DNA of 64,000 bases from contig OZ254086.1 in the NCBI GenBank assembly GCA_965267575.1, forward strand, positions 3,424,001-3,488,000. Reading direction: 5' to 3'. The position numbers were made by a program, and so were the translations under genes. The notes under the pieces are model-generated. The model made no database searches. It was not told where the DNA came from and saw only the letters and a program-made list of their open reading frames with translations. How positions within the stretch are numbered: position 1 is the first letter of the stretch; every line of letters starts with the position of its first letter. Positions 30,068-39,730 of the stretch are shown one piece after another. The stretch is from Calditrichales bacterium (GTDB lineage Bacteria > Calditrichota > Calditrichia > Calditrichales > J004).

Positions 30068-31249
30068 ATGAATATTTTAGTAGTTTCACATTTGTTCCCA
30101 TCTAAATATCGCCCAAATTCAGGCACTTTTGTATATCAACAGGTAAAGGCATTAATTGATGAAGGTCATAGTGTGACTGTTATTTGTCCTGTTCCATATA
30201 TGCCTACGTTATTTAAAACTAAAATCGAAAGGTGGAGGCAAATTCAGAGTCTTCCTAAGGAAGAGTATAGTAACGATGTAAAAGTGATTTATGTTAAAAC
30301 GTTAGTCGTCCCCCGAGTTTTAGATAGTATTAGGGGTTGGCTTTTTTATGTTAGACTTCGATTTAAAAAAATAGAAATAGATTTTAATAATTTTGATTTA
30401 ATCCATGCTCATATGGTTCTTACGAGTGCTGACCTGGCTACATTTCTTAAGAAGCTTTATGGGAAGCCACTAATTATTACGATACACGGATCCGATTTGT
30501 TTTTTTTGTGGGAAAGAAGTTTTCTTAACCGTTTTCGCATATCTGGTATATTGCGAAAGGCAAATAAAGTTATCGTTGTAAGCAAATATCTATATTCAAA
30601 ATTGAACGAGCTCATTAAGGATGAAGCTATTTTGAAAAAAACAACAGTTCTATGGAATGGTGTTAATAAATATTTAGAACCTAGCATAAATAACGATGAA
30701 AATAAAGAAATCGTTCTTATTACAATTGCTGCATTAATTAAGCTAAAAAATCATATAACTGTTTTTAAAGCCTTAAAAAAGATTGAAGGAAAGCTGAAGA
30801 GGAAATATAAATATTATTTGATAGGTGACGGTTGGGATAAAGAGCACTTAATTAAGCAAGCAGAAGCCCTAGGCATAAAACAAAGAGTTATTTTTTTTGG
30901 TGCTTTAGAGCATAAAAAGGCGATGGATGTATTGTCAGAATCTGATGTCTTTGTTATGCCCTCACTAATTGAAACTTTCGGCGTAGCATATCTTGAAGCA
31001 ATGCTTGCAGGAAAAATTACGATTGGTTCTAATGGAAGGGGGATATCGGAAATAATTAATGACGGGGTAAACGGCTTTCTAGTAGATCCAAAAGACATAG
31101 ATGCTCTGGCAGATTTGCTTTATCGTGTAATAGAAAATTACGAACAGTATTTTGAAATAAGAATAAATGCAAATAAAACGATATGGCCTCACTATAGCTG
31201 GAAAAATAATGCAGTTCGAATATTAGAAGAATACAAAAACTTAGTTTAA
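30068..31249 (+). CDS. GT4 glycosyltransferase
   Basis: HLFP..., TIHGSD, ETFGVAYLEAM. Confidence 0.9.
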   Translation: MNILVVSHLFPSKYRPNSGTFVYQQVKALIDEGHSVTVICPVPYMPTLFKTKIERWRQIQSLPKEEYSNDVKVIYVKTLVVPRVLDSIRGWLFYVRLRFKKIEIDFNNFDLIHAHMVLTSADLATFLKKLYGKPLIITIHGSDLFFLWERSFLNRFRISGILRKANKVIVVSKYLYSKLNELIKDEAILKKTTVLWNGVNKYLEPSINNDENKEIVLITIAALIKLKNHITVFKALKKIEGKLKRKYKYYLIGDGWDKEHLIKQAEALGIKQRVIFFGALEHKKAMDVLSESDVFVMPSLIETFGVAYLEAMLAGKITIGSNGRGISEIINDGVNGFLVDPKDIDALADLLYRVIENYEQYFEIRINANKTIWPHYSWKNNAVRILEEYKNLV

Positions 31250-31252
31250 ATT

Positions 31253-32374
31253 ATGAAAAAGGTTCTTATTTATACCACAGTTCATCCTTGGAATGATGGT
31301 AGGATTTACCATCGACAAGCACAGACTTTAAAAAACTATTATGACCTAACGCTGATTGGTGTCAAAGCCGGCAATGATTTTGCCCCTAATAACGTTAAGC
31401 TGCTGCCAGCGTGGAAAAAACTAAGCGATAGATTTAAAAACCATATCATTGTCATTAAACATTTAATAAAGCACACTTATGATGCCTACCATTTTCATGA
31501 TCCGGAATTACTTTATACTGCACCAATAATAAAAGCTTTTTATCCATTTGCTAAGGTTGTCTATGATGTACATGAAAATTATCCATTAATTATTTTAGAA
31601 AAAGAGTATATCCCCAAATTGATGCGCAAAACGATAAGCTTTCTTTTTATATGGATAGAAAAATTCTTTTTGCTGTTTGTTGATTTAGTGATTTATACTA
31701 CAGATGTAATCGGGAAAAATTATGCCTTCGGCAATTATAAAAAAACGCGAATTAATAACTTACCATCTATTAAGTTAATAGGTACTAATCCAATTTGCGC
31801 GGATACAAAAAAGGCTAAGGCTATTTTTATGGGTTATATCGCTCCTCTAAGGGGGGTAGAAAATATTTTAGCCGCAGCAAAACAAGTACATAAAATACGT
31901 AAAGACTTTAGACTTATTATTAGAGGTAAATTTTTTTCAGCTAGTTATGAACAAAGCATAAGAGAGATTATTAACAAAAATAATTTAGATGCTTTCGTTC
32001 ATATAGAAGGGCCGTACAGTTATACGGAAATCCCTGAAATTCTAAAAGATATAAAAATTGGCTTAATAACATATTTATCTTCACCTAATAACATGGCTTG
32101 TTTACCAAACAAACTCTTCGAATATATGGCTGCCGGTTTAAATATTGTAGCTTCAAACTTTGATACATATTCAGAAATATTAGCAAAGAACGGGTTGTCT
32201 TCACAAGTCGTCCCAGAAAACAATCAAGAAATTGCTGAGGCTATCTTGGGCTTTTTAAATAACAATGATTTGTCACGGGAAATGTCTATCTTGGCACGCC
32301 GACTATACGTGGAAAAGTATAATTGGGAGGTTGAGGAAAATGAGCTGATAGATACTTATTTAGGTTTAATATGA
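31253..32374 (+). CDS. GT4 glycosyltransferase
   Basis: TVHPWNDGRI, HFHDPEL, YDVHE, PNKLFEYMAAG. Confidence 0.88.
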   Translation: MKKVLIYTTVHPWNDGRIYHRQAQTLKNYYDLTLIGVKAGNDFAPNNVKLLPAWKKLSDRFKNHIIVIKHLIKHTYDAYHFHDPELLYTAPIIKAFYPFAKVVYDVHENYPLIILEKEYIPKLMRKTISFLFIWIEKFFLLFVDLVIYTTDVIGKNYAFGNYKKTRINNLPSIKLIGTNPICADTKKAKAIFMGYIAPLRGVENILAAAKQVHKIRKDFRLIIRGKFFSASYEQSIREIINKNNLDAFVHIEGPYSYTEIPEILKDIKIGLITYLSSPNNMACLPNKLFEYMAAGLNIVASNFDTYSEILAKNGLSSQVVPENNQEIAEAILGFLNNNDLSREMSILARRLYVEKYNWEVEENELIDTYLGLI

Positions 32375-33528
32375 AAAAAATACTATTCTTAACTTCCAGA
32401 TTACCCTTTCCACCTGTTGGCGGAGACAGATTAAGAACTTTTAATATTCTAAAATATCTCAATCAAACGTACAAAGTTACACTAGTTTCTTTTGTTGAAA
32501 ACAAAGCCGATTTAAAACGAATCCAATTCTATAATAAATATGTAAATGATATTCATATTATTGTGCTTCCGAAGTGGGTTTCATACTTAAAGGCCTTTGT
32601 AGGTGTATTTTCAAAAAAGCCATTGCAATATCATTATTATAAGTCAAAAAAAATGGAAAATACTGTTAATTCAGTTTTTAAGAAAAATAATTTCGACATT
32701 GTTATTGCTCACTTAATAAGAATGGCACAATACATTCCTGAGGCAGAGGTAAAAAAAGTAATCGATTTTACTGACGCTATTTCTCTCAACTATGAAAGAA
32801 GTAATATTTATGATTTTGGGCTTAAAAAATTGTTAGGCATGATTGAAAAAAAAAGGGTAAAAAACTACGAAATCGAATCTATAGAAAAAACGCATCATGC
32901 AATATTTATTTCTGACGTTGATGCCAGCTATTTGCGAACTAAAGAGAATAGGAAGAAAATACATATTATAAAAAATGGTGTTGACTTCAAAGAGTTTGGC
33001 TTTTCCCCTAATACTTATATTAATAATAAAATTTGCTTTTTAGGCAATATGCGAACTGGTCCTAATGTAGACGCAGTACTTTATTTTTTAAAAAATATCT
33101 TGCCTAAGATCATTGATCAGATCCCTTCGGTTTCTTTTTATATTGTTGGTACCGAACCGCCTAGAATAGTTAAGCAGTTTCATGATGGGAAAAATGTCAT
33201 TGTAACCGGCTTTGTTGATGATGTTAAACAGTATCTTCACGAGTGTTCTTTACTTGTTGCTCCCATGAGGGGTGGAGCAGGTGTACAAAATAAGATATTA
33301 GAGGCCATGGCCGTAGGTATTGCCGTAATTACGACTTCTGTAGGCGCCGAAGGGCTAAATAATAAATATTTTTATATAGCGGATAATGATAAAGAATTTG
33401 CAAAAAAAACTATCTTCTTATTACAAAACCAAGAAGAAAGAAAAAGGCTAGTTTATCAAGCTCGAAAATATGTTGAAAATGAATTTGAATGGAATCAGGT
33501 ACTTTCTAAGTTCGATACTATTTTATAG
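32371..33528 (+). CDS. GT4 glycosyltransferase
   Basis: PFPPVGGD, PNVDA, GVQNKILEAMA. Confidence 0.88.
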   Translation: MKKILFLTSRLPFPPVGGDRLRTFNILKYLNQTYKVTLVSFVENKADLKRIQFYNKYVNDIHIIVLPKWVSYLKAFVGVFSKKPLQYHYYKSKKMENTVNSVFKKNNFDIVIAHLIRMAQYIPEAEVKKVIDFTDAISLNYERSNIYDFGLKKLLGMIEKKRVKNYEIESIEKTHHAIFISDVDASYLRTKENRKKIHIIKNGVDFKEFGFSPNTYINNKICFLGNMRTGPNVDAVLYFLKNILPKIIDQIPSVSFYIVGTEPPRIVKQFHDGKNVIVTGFVDDVKQYLHECSLLVAPMRGGAGVQNKILEAMAVGIAVITTSVGAEGLNNKYFYIADNDKEFAKKTIFLLQNQEERKRLVYQARKYVENEFEWNQVLSKFDTIL

Positions 33529-35179
33529 TATAGTCTTCGCCCAAAACCCGGCCAGCATTTCTTTAAACCATCCTGTATACAGTTTTGTGGAGCGCATGGA
33601 AACGCTGGGTATTGTCACGGATGCGATGGACAATATTCGTCCTTACAGCCGCGGCAGGGCGGCAATGTTATTGCAGCAGATTGAAGCAAAAAGGGGGCGG
33701 CTTACGGCGATTGATAGGCGGCGCCTGGATGACCTGCTGCTGGAATTCCGCTTTGAGCTTCAGCCCGGCGAAAAACACGCGCTGATACCGGAAGGGCAAA
33801 ACTGGTACAGCACCCTGGCGTCGTGGGAGAATTTTAAAAGCGATTTCAGCAGGGTCCTGTCGCGCCCCTGGCCGGAAGAAGAGCATCATGTTGCGCTATG
33901 GGAAAAAGACAGCAGCAGCGTCTATTTCGACTTTGAGCAAGTGCTTACCGTAGACGGACGTTCCGACGGCTTAAGCCGCAACGCCAACGAGCAATCCTAC
34001 ATCTTACAAGGTGTGATCGATCGCGATTTTGCCTGGCAGGTAAAGGTGAGCCTTCAGGGCGTACGCGGGGATGAAGGCTACCGGGAGCTGGACCCGCTGA
34101 TAAAGGGAACCTTCAGCCAGGAAAGTGAAGAAGGGGATGTCGTTTTTGCGGATCGCACCGGGGGAGAGCTGGCCTGGCACACGCGCTACATGGATGTCCA
34201 TTTTGCCCAGCAGGAAATTTCCTGGGGACACGGACTTTCAGGGAAGCTGATACTTTCTAATCACCCCGAACAGTATCCTTACATTGCTGTTTCCAAGGAC
34301 TGGGGCTGGGGCAAGTTCATTGCCCTGCACGGCAAACTGCAATCGTTTCAGCAGGGCACGCTGGAAGACGGTACAAAGATCTATCCCGATAAATGGGTGG
34401 CCGCGCACCGCCTGGAATTTTCCCCCTGGGACCCCATCACCATCGGGCTGAACGAGGTGTTCATTTATGGCAACCGCTACGCCGACTGGTCTTACCTGAT
34501 CCCTTTTAATTTTTACCGCGCCGTGCAGCACAAGCTGCGCGATCGCGACAACGCCACCATCGCCATTGACCTGGAAGCAATACCCCTTAATGGTGCAAAG
34601 TTCTATGGGACAATCTTTATTGATGAGATGAAATTTGAAAAGCTGGGCACCGACTGGTGGGGCAACAAGCACGCATTCCAGGGCGGGCTGTTTTTGGCCG
34701 ATCCCTTCCGGTTGCCAAACACAATGTTCCAGGCTGAGTACACGGCGATCATGCCCTGGGTTTATACGCATAAGTTTGCCGTCAACCGCTACGAATCGGA
34801 CGGGCGCCCGCTGGGGCATCCCGCCGGACCCAACTCGGAGGTCATCTTGTTCAGCGTCAGCAAGGATATCAGCGTGCGCTGGCTTCTTGGCCTGCAGTGG
34901 TCACAAACAAAAAAGGGGGAAAACTACCCCAACGAGAACATTGGTGGTGATTTGCTGACGGGCGAGAACGTATTGCTGGGCACGCAGCAAGAGCCGCGCC
35001 AGACGCGCCGTTTTCTGGAAGGCATACTCACAACCACAAAACAAACCGAACTGTTTACCCGCTACGAACTTTTTAACGATTTCTTTGTCTCTGCTTCGTA
35101 TATTTTTAGCGACACGCGAACGGAATCGCGCAGCCGGAGCCTGAACGAATGGCACCTGGGCATTCGCTTTAATTATTAA
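33470..35179 (+). CDS. Capsule assembly Wzi-like outer-membrane beta-barrel
   Basis: Signal peptide, RPYSR N-domain, WGHG...LILS, AAHRLE, C-terminal GIRFNY. Confidence 0.7.
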   Translation: MLKMNLNGIRYFLSSILFYSIVFAQNPASISLNHPVYSFVERMETLGIVTDAMDNIRPYSRGRAAMLLQQIEAKRGRLTAIDRRRLDDLLLEFRFELQPGEKHALIPEGQNWYSTLASWENFKSDFSRVLSRPWPEEEHHVALWEKDSSSVYFDFEQVLTVDGRSDGLSRNANEQSYILQGVIDRDFAWQVKVSLQGVRGDEGYRELDPLIKGTFSQESEEGDVVFADRTGGELAWHTRYMDVHFAQQEISWGHGLSGKLILSNHPEQYPYIAVSKDWGWGKFIALHGKLQSFQQGTLEDGTKIYPDKWVAAHRLEFSPWDPITIGLNEVFIYGNRYADWSYLIPFNFYRAVQHKLRDRDNATIAIDLEAIPLNGAKFYGTIFIDEMKFEKLGTDWWGNKHAFQGGLFLADPFRLPNTMFQAEYTAIMPWVYTHKFAVNRYESDGRPLGHPAGPNSEVILFSVSKDISVRWLLGLQWSQTKKGENYPNENIGGDLLTGENVLLGTQQEPRQTRRFLEGILTTTKQTELFTRYELFNDFFVSASYIFSDTRTESRSRSLNEWHLGIRFNY

Positions 35180-35196
35180 AACTCACGGACAGCCTT

Positions 35197-37653
35197 TTGA
35201 CTGATCTCGTTATTTTTCCATTGTCAATCGTATTTGTAGTGGCGCTGATTGTCTCGCTGCTATCTACGCGCCGTACGCGCACCCTTGCCATTAAATATGC
35301 CGTTGGCAGCTTCCCCGATGAGCGCATGGTTCATACCGGCTTTGTGCCGCGCATGGGCGGTATGGGCATCATCAGCGGTTTTTTTATCGCGTCTATTGTG
35401 GCGCTGCTGTGGCCGGGTGCTGTCTTTGCGTCGGGCTGGGAGCATGCCGGCATATTGGCCGGAGCTTTAATGATGGCCGCGCTGGGCATTTACGACGATC
35501 TCAACGGCATGAACGCGACGCAGAAATTCAGCGGACAATTTTTAGCAGCGACCGTGGTTATTCTGTCCGGATGCAGCATCAATTTTCTGCATAATCCCTT
35601 TGGCAGCGATATCGAGCTGGGGCTGCTCTCTATCCCGCTGACCTACCTGTGGCTTATTGGCGTCACCAACGCCGTTAATCTTTTGGATGGGCTGGACGGT
35701 CTGGCCGCCGGCGTAAGCGCCATTGCCGCGGCCGTAATGGCCTTTATCGCGGCGCTCTCCGGGGCCTGGATCATTGTCGTCTTATGCGTCGCATTGATTG
35801 GCGGACTGCTTGGCTTTCTGCGTTTTAATTATCACCCGGCTTCCATTTTTATGGGCGATACCGGTTCGCTTTTTCTTGGATTCATCCTGGCCGCGTTGAG
35901 CTTAAAGGCTTTTGAGATGACCGCCCACAACGTGACGCTGCTTCTGCCGCTGCTCATCCTGGCCGTTCCCATCGGTGATACGGCCGTTGCCTTTTTCCGC
36001 CGCCTCAACCGCGGCAGCCATCCCTTCAAACCGGATAAAGACCACTTGCATCATCGTCTGCTTTACCTGGGTCTGTCACACAGGCAGGCGGTACATATCA
36101 TCTACGGGCTGTCGGTTATGTACGGCCTTACGGCGGTACTTATTGCCCTAAACGCCGAACTGATCGGTTTTGTGCTGCTGCTCGTCTGCCTGGTATTCAG
36201 CGCGCTGGGCCTGAAACGCCTGGGCTACCTGGAAGCAAAGCGCTTCCGTACACATTACGGAGACAGCGGGCCGCTGCGTGTTGAAAAAGAACTGGCCCCG
36301 TTATCCCTTAAGCGTTTTTTGCACCGTATGCTTTTGCTGCTCAGCGATATCGTGATGCTAAATGCCGCGCTCATTGGCTATATATTTTTAAGAAATGAAT
36401 TGGGCTGGGCTTCCAGTCAAAGCGTTTGGACAATGAGCGATATGTTGCAGCCGACGCCGCTGCTGTTCATCACGTTGGGCTGGCTTTTCCTGTTTATCCT
36501 GAATGATCTTTACAGCATGCGCTGGGATATATCGCGTTTTGATAAAGTGCGGCGTATCAGCAAAACGATCCTTTTTGGCATTCTTGTGCTTTTCGTAATT
36601 ACACTCGATACCTCCGCCATCTGGAGCCAGGGGCGCCTGGGGCTTTTTCTGTACGCGGCCCTGCTGATTATGGCGGTGAACGCCGGCCGTATGATTGTGA
36701 TCGCCATAGAGAAAAAATGGGGGTTGCTGGAATACGCGCCACACAACACACTGCTGGTAGGGGCCACCGAAAAAGGCCGCAAACTGTTGAAGGACATTCG
36801 CAAAAACGAACACCTGCTCTATAATGTGGTGGGCTTCGTAACAAAGGACGGAAAGCCCGACAATTTCAGCGACCTGACTGCACTTGGGCGCTACGATGAT
36901 ATTCCTGAGATTGTTCGGGGTTATGGCATTCAGGAGCTGATCATCGCCATAAACGAGCGCTCGCGTGATGAAATCCTCAACCTGATCGCCCCTCTTGAAA
37001 ATATGAAAGTGGTCATCAAGATCATCCCGCAAATGTTTGACGTGGTAAGCGGCCACAAGACGGAAGAAGTCATCGGCCACCCGCTGATCAGGTTGTTTCC
37101 GGACCATATGCATTTGTGGCAATGGATCGTGAAGCGTTTGCTGGATACACTTATTGCGCTGACGATGCTGGTTGTCCTGATGCCGGTCGGCCTGCTGGCC
37201 ATGGCGCTTTTGTTTATTTCGGGGACCAGTCCGGTGCTTACCATTATTGACGTCGTGGGTAAAAACGGTCAAAAAATGGGTATGCTTAATTTGAATGTTT
37301 TTGATCGTAAAAACGCCGTAAGCCGCTTTTTATATAAAAGCAATCTTTATAAGTTACCGGCGTTGCTCAATATATTGATCGGCACGATGAGTCTTGTGGG
37401 GCCGCGACCCGAAAAGCCGGATCACGTGTTGCAGATGCGCGAAAAAATTCGCTTTTACAACCGCCGCTTCCAGGTGCGCCCGGGGTTGACCGGCTGGGCG
37501 CAGGTCAAGTTCCGCTATGATGATTCATTGCGTTCCGTGCGCGAACAGCTTAAGCAGGATCTGTTTTACCTTGAAAATATGTCACTGACGTTTGATATGA
37601 GAATTCTATTGCGCTCGTTATATTTATTCTTCTTCCCAAAGCGTATTCAATAA
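35197..37653 (+). CDS. Fusion of a WecA/MraY-type polytopic phosphoglycosyl transferase to a WcaJ-like (TM-CoA-binding-Bac_transf) module
   Basis: N half: PRMGG, GIYDD, NAVNLLDGLDGL, FMGDTGS, DKDHLHH; C half: KRLLD, MSLVGPRP, RPGLTGWAQV, DLFYLEN. Confidence 0.85.
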   Translation: MTDLVIFPLSIVFVVALIVSLLSTRRTRTLAIKYAVGSFPDERMVHTGFVPRMGGMGIISGFFIASIVALLWPGAVFASGWEHAGILAGALMMAALGIYDDLNGMNATQKFSGQFLAATVVILSGCSINFLHNPFGSDIELGLLSIPLTYLWLIGVTNAVNLLDGLDGLAAGVSAIAAAVMAFIAALSGAWIIVVLCVALIGGLLGFLRFNYHPASIFMGDTGSLFLGFILAALSLKAFEMTAHNVTLLLPLLILAVPIGDTAVAFFRRLNRGSHPFKPDKDHLHHRLLYLGLSHRQAVHIIYGLSVMYGLTAVLIALNAELIGFVLLLVCLVFSALGLKRLGYLEAKRFRTHYGDSGPLRVEKELAPLSLKRFLHRMLLLLSDIVMLNAALIGYIFLRNELGWASSQSVWTMSDMLQPTPLLFITLGWLFLFILNDLYSMRWDISRFDKVRRISKTILFGILVLFVITLDTSAIWSQGRLGLFLYAALLIMAVNAGRMIVIAIEKKWGLLEYAPHNTLLVGATEKGRKLLKDIRKNEHLLYNVVGFVTKDGKPDNFSDLTALGRYDDIPEIVRGYGIQELIIAINERSRDEILNLIAPLENMKVVIKIIPQMFDVVSGHKTEEVIGHPLIRLFPDHMHLWQWIVKRLLDTLIALTMLVVLMPVGLLAMALLFISGTSPVLTIIDVVGKNGQKMGMLNLNVFDRKNAVSRFLYKSNLYKLPALLNILIGTMSLVGPRPEKPDHVLQMREKIRFYNRRFQVRPGLTGWAQVKFRYDDSLRSVREQLKQDLFYLENMSLTFDMRILLRSLYLFFFPKRIQ

Positions 37654-37654
37654 T

Positions 37655-39724
37655 ATGGCTATGAAAAAACCGATCATTTCGATTGTTATCGTCAATTATA
37701 ACGTAAAAGATTTCCTGGAGCAGGCGCTTATTTCCATCCGTCGCGCTCTTAGTGATATTCCATCCGAGATCTTTGTTGTGGATAATAACAGCGTGGACGG
37801 TTCCGTGACCATGCTGCGCGAGCGATTTCAGGATGTGCAGCTTATAGCCAGCGAGAAAAACCTCGGTTTCTCCGGCGCCAACAACCTTGCCCTGGAAAAG
37901 GTCACGGGGGAGTTTGTCGTGCTGATAAATCCTGACACCGTCGTTCAGGAGGATACATTCAAAACGCTGCTGGAGTTTTTTAAAACGCACCCTGATGCTT
38001 CAGCCGCCACCTGCAAAATCCTCAATCCCGATGGCAGCTTTTCCGTCGATTGCCGCCACAGCATTCCCACGCCTTCCACCGCGTTCTGGAAGCTGCTGGG
38101 ATTGAATCGTTTGTTCCCCAAAAGCCGCATTTTTGGCCGCTACAATCTCACCTATCTCGATGAAAACGAGACCGCCGAAGTGCCTGCTGTTTCCGGCTCT
38201 TTCATGATGCTGCGCAAAGAGGTTGTAGATAAAGTGGGCAAGTTGGACGACCGCTTTTTTATGTACTGCGAGGACATAGATTATTGCCATCGGATTCAAC
38301 TGGCCGGCGGGAAGATTTATTATGTTCCCGACACGCAGCTTATTCATTACAAGGGCGAGAGCAGCAAAGCCAACAACCTGGATTACGTGATTACCTTTAA
38401 CCGCTCGCTTTACCTGTTTTACAAAAAATATTACCAGCAGAAATATGTCTATCCCTTCAAATGGCTTATCCTGCTGGGCGTGGTTTTTCGCGGGATTGTT
38501 ATATACGTTAAAAAAAGCCTCTCCCGCTATTATCCGTTTATGTGGGATTTGCTGATCCTGAATACGGTGATGTTTCTGAGCTTTTGGTATCGCTACAGCC
38601 TTAAGCACTCTTTTACGCTGGATAATTTCTTTAGCGAGTATATTGTCATAAATATTATCACAAGTATCACTTACCTGGTGAGTGCCCTGTTTTTTGAAAT
38701 AGCCCGCAAGGAGCGTTTTTCACCGGAAAAAGTGTTTCGCGTTTTGATAGCGACATTCACATTTGTTGCGGCGCTGGTTTTTTTCTTTAAGCAATTTGCC
38801 TTTTCGCGCTTTGTAGTACTCATGTCTGCCATAGGCAGCAGCATTTTGATGATCGGTTGGCGTGTGTTGACCGCCCGTTACGCAAGGCGCTATAAAACAG
38901 CGCTGGCACGAGATTTTCTGCGCAAAAAAGTGCTGATTGTAGGCGAGGATAAAGAGACACTCGATCTGCTGGATAAGCTGCATCAGCGGATGGAAGCAGG
39001 CCTGGATATTGTTGGTGTTGCCGGACTGAGCCGCAAATCAATTGGGCGTAAGGTGGGGCAGCACCAAATACTTACATCGCTGGATCAGCTTGAAGAATTT
39101 GTGCGTATCCGGCGCATCAGCATGATCATATTTTCGACACACAATATTGCCTACAAAGATATCCTGGAAACAATGAGCCGGTTGAGCGACCTGCCGGTTG
39201 AGTTCAAAATGGTGCCCGGACACCTGGAATTTATGATCGGTAAATCCAATATCGAGAGACTGGACTCCGTTCCGCTGGTAGATATTGAGTATGCCTATCA
39301 AAAGCCTTTTAACCTTTTTGCTAAAAGGGTATTTGACATCGGGCTGGCATTGTTGCTATTGCTGCTTTTGGCGCCGTTTGCCCTGGCGCTGCCTTTTGCG
39401 GCAAAGAAAATCGCCAGTAAAAAGGTCCGCGTGGGCACAGGACGCTACCGTGTGCATCATGTAAACGGCAGCGCGGGACTTACTTTTTATATACGTCTTT
39501 GGGATGTTTTTCGTGGGCGGCTCAGTTTTGTAGGCGCACCACTGGAAATGTCTGAAGAAGAGAGCGGCGCGCTGGACTACAAGCCGGGACTAACGGGCTT
39601 GCTGCAGGTAAACGCAGACCGCTTTATTAATCCGCAGAGCCGGGAGAACTATGAACTGCATTATCTAAAAAACCATTCTCTGTTCATGGACATTGAGATA
39701 TTGCTTAAAAGCCTGATGCAATAA
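37655..39724 (+). CDS. GT2 glycosyltransferase fused to a degenerate WcaJ-like module
   Basis: IVIVNYN, VVDNNSVDGS, INPD, FFMYCEDID, HYKGES; then TM helices, Rossmann-like region, KRVFD, GRLSFVG, KPGLTG. Confidence 0.85.
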   Translation: MAMKKPIISIVIVNYNVKDFLEQALISIRRALSDIPSEIFVVDNNSVDGSVTMLRERFQDVQLIASEKNLGFSGANNLALEKVTGEFVVLINPDTVVQEDTFKTLLEFFKTHPDASAATCKILNPDGSFSVDCRHSIPTPSTAFWKLLGLNRLFPKSRIFGRYNLTYLDENETAEVPAVSGSFMMLRKEVVDKVGKLDDRFFMYCEDIDYCHRIQLAGGKIYYVPDTQLIHYKGESSKANNLDYVITFNRSLYLFYKKYYQQKYVYPFKWLILLGVVFRGIVIYVKKSLSRYYPFMWDLLILNTVMFLSFWYRYSLKHSFTLDNFFSEYIVINIITSITYLVSALFFEIARKERFSPEKVFRVLIATFTFVAALVFFFKQFAFSRFVVLMSAIGSSILMIGWRVLTARYARRYKTALARDFLRKKVLIVGEDKETLDLLDKLHQRMEAGLDIVGVAGLSRKSIGRKVGQHQILTSLDQLEEFVRIRRISMIIFSTHNIAYKDILETMSRLSDLPVEFKMVPGHLEFMIGKSNIERLDSVPLVDIEYAYQKPFNLFAKRVFDIGLALLLLLLLAPFALALPFAAKKIASKKVRVGTGRYRVHHVNGSAGLTFYIRLWDVFRGRLSFVGAPLEMSEEESGALDYKPGLTGLLQVNADRFINPQSRENYELHYLKNHSLFMDIEILLKSLMQ

Positions 39725-39730
39725 ACAGGT

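Larger units (their letters stand above)
26124..33530. other. AT-rich variable glycan cassette (probably horizontally acquired)
   Basis: Abrupt visible drop in GC from the wzz start to the end of the third glycosyltransferase; flanks have host-like composition. Confidence 0.8.

Noticed and set aside
36388..37272. 294-aa antisense ORF inside the PGT fusion
   Set aside because: Shadow frame of a well-supported gene, with no recognisable motifs
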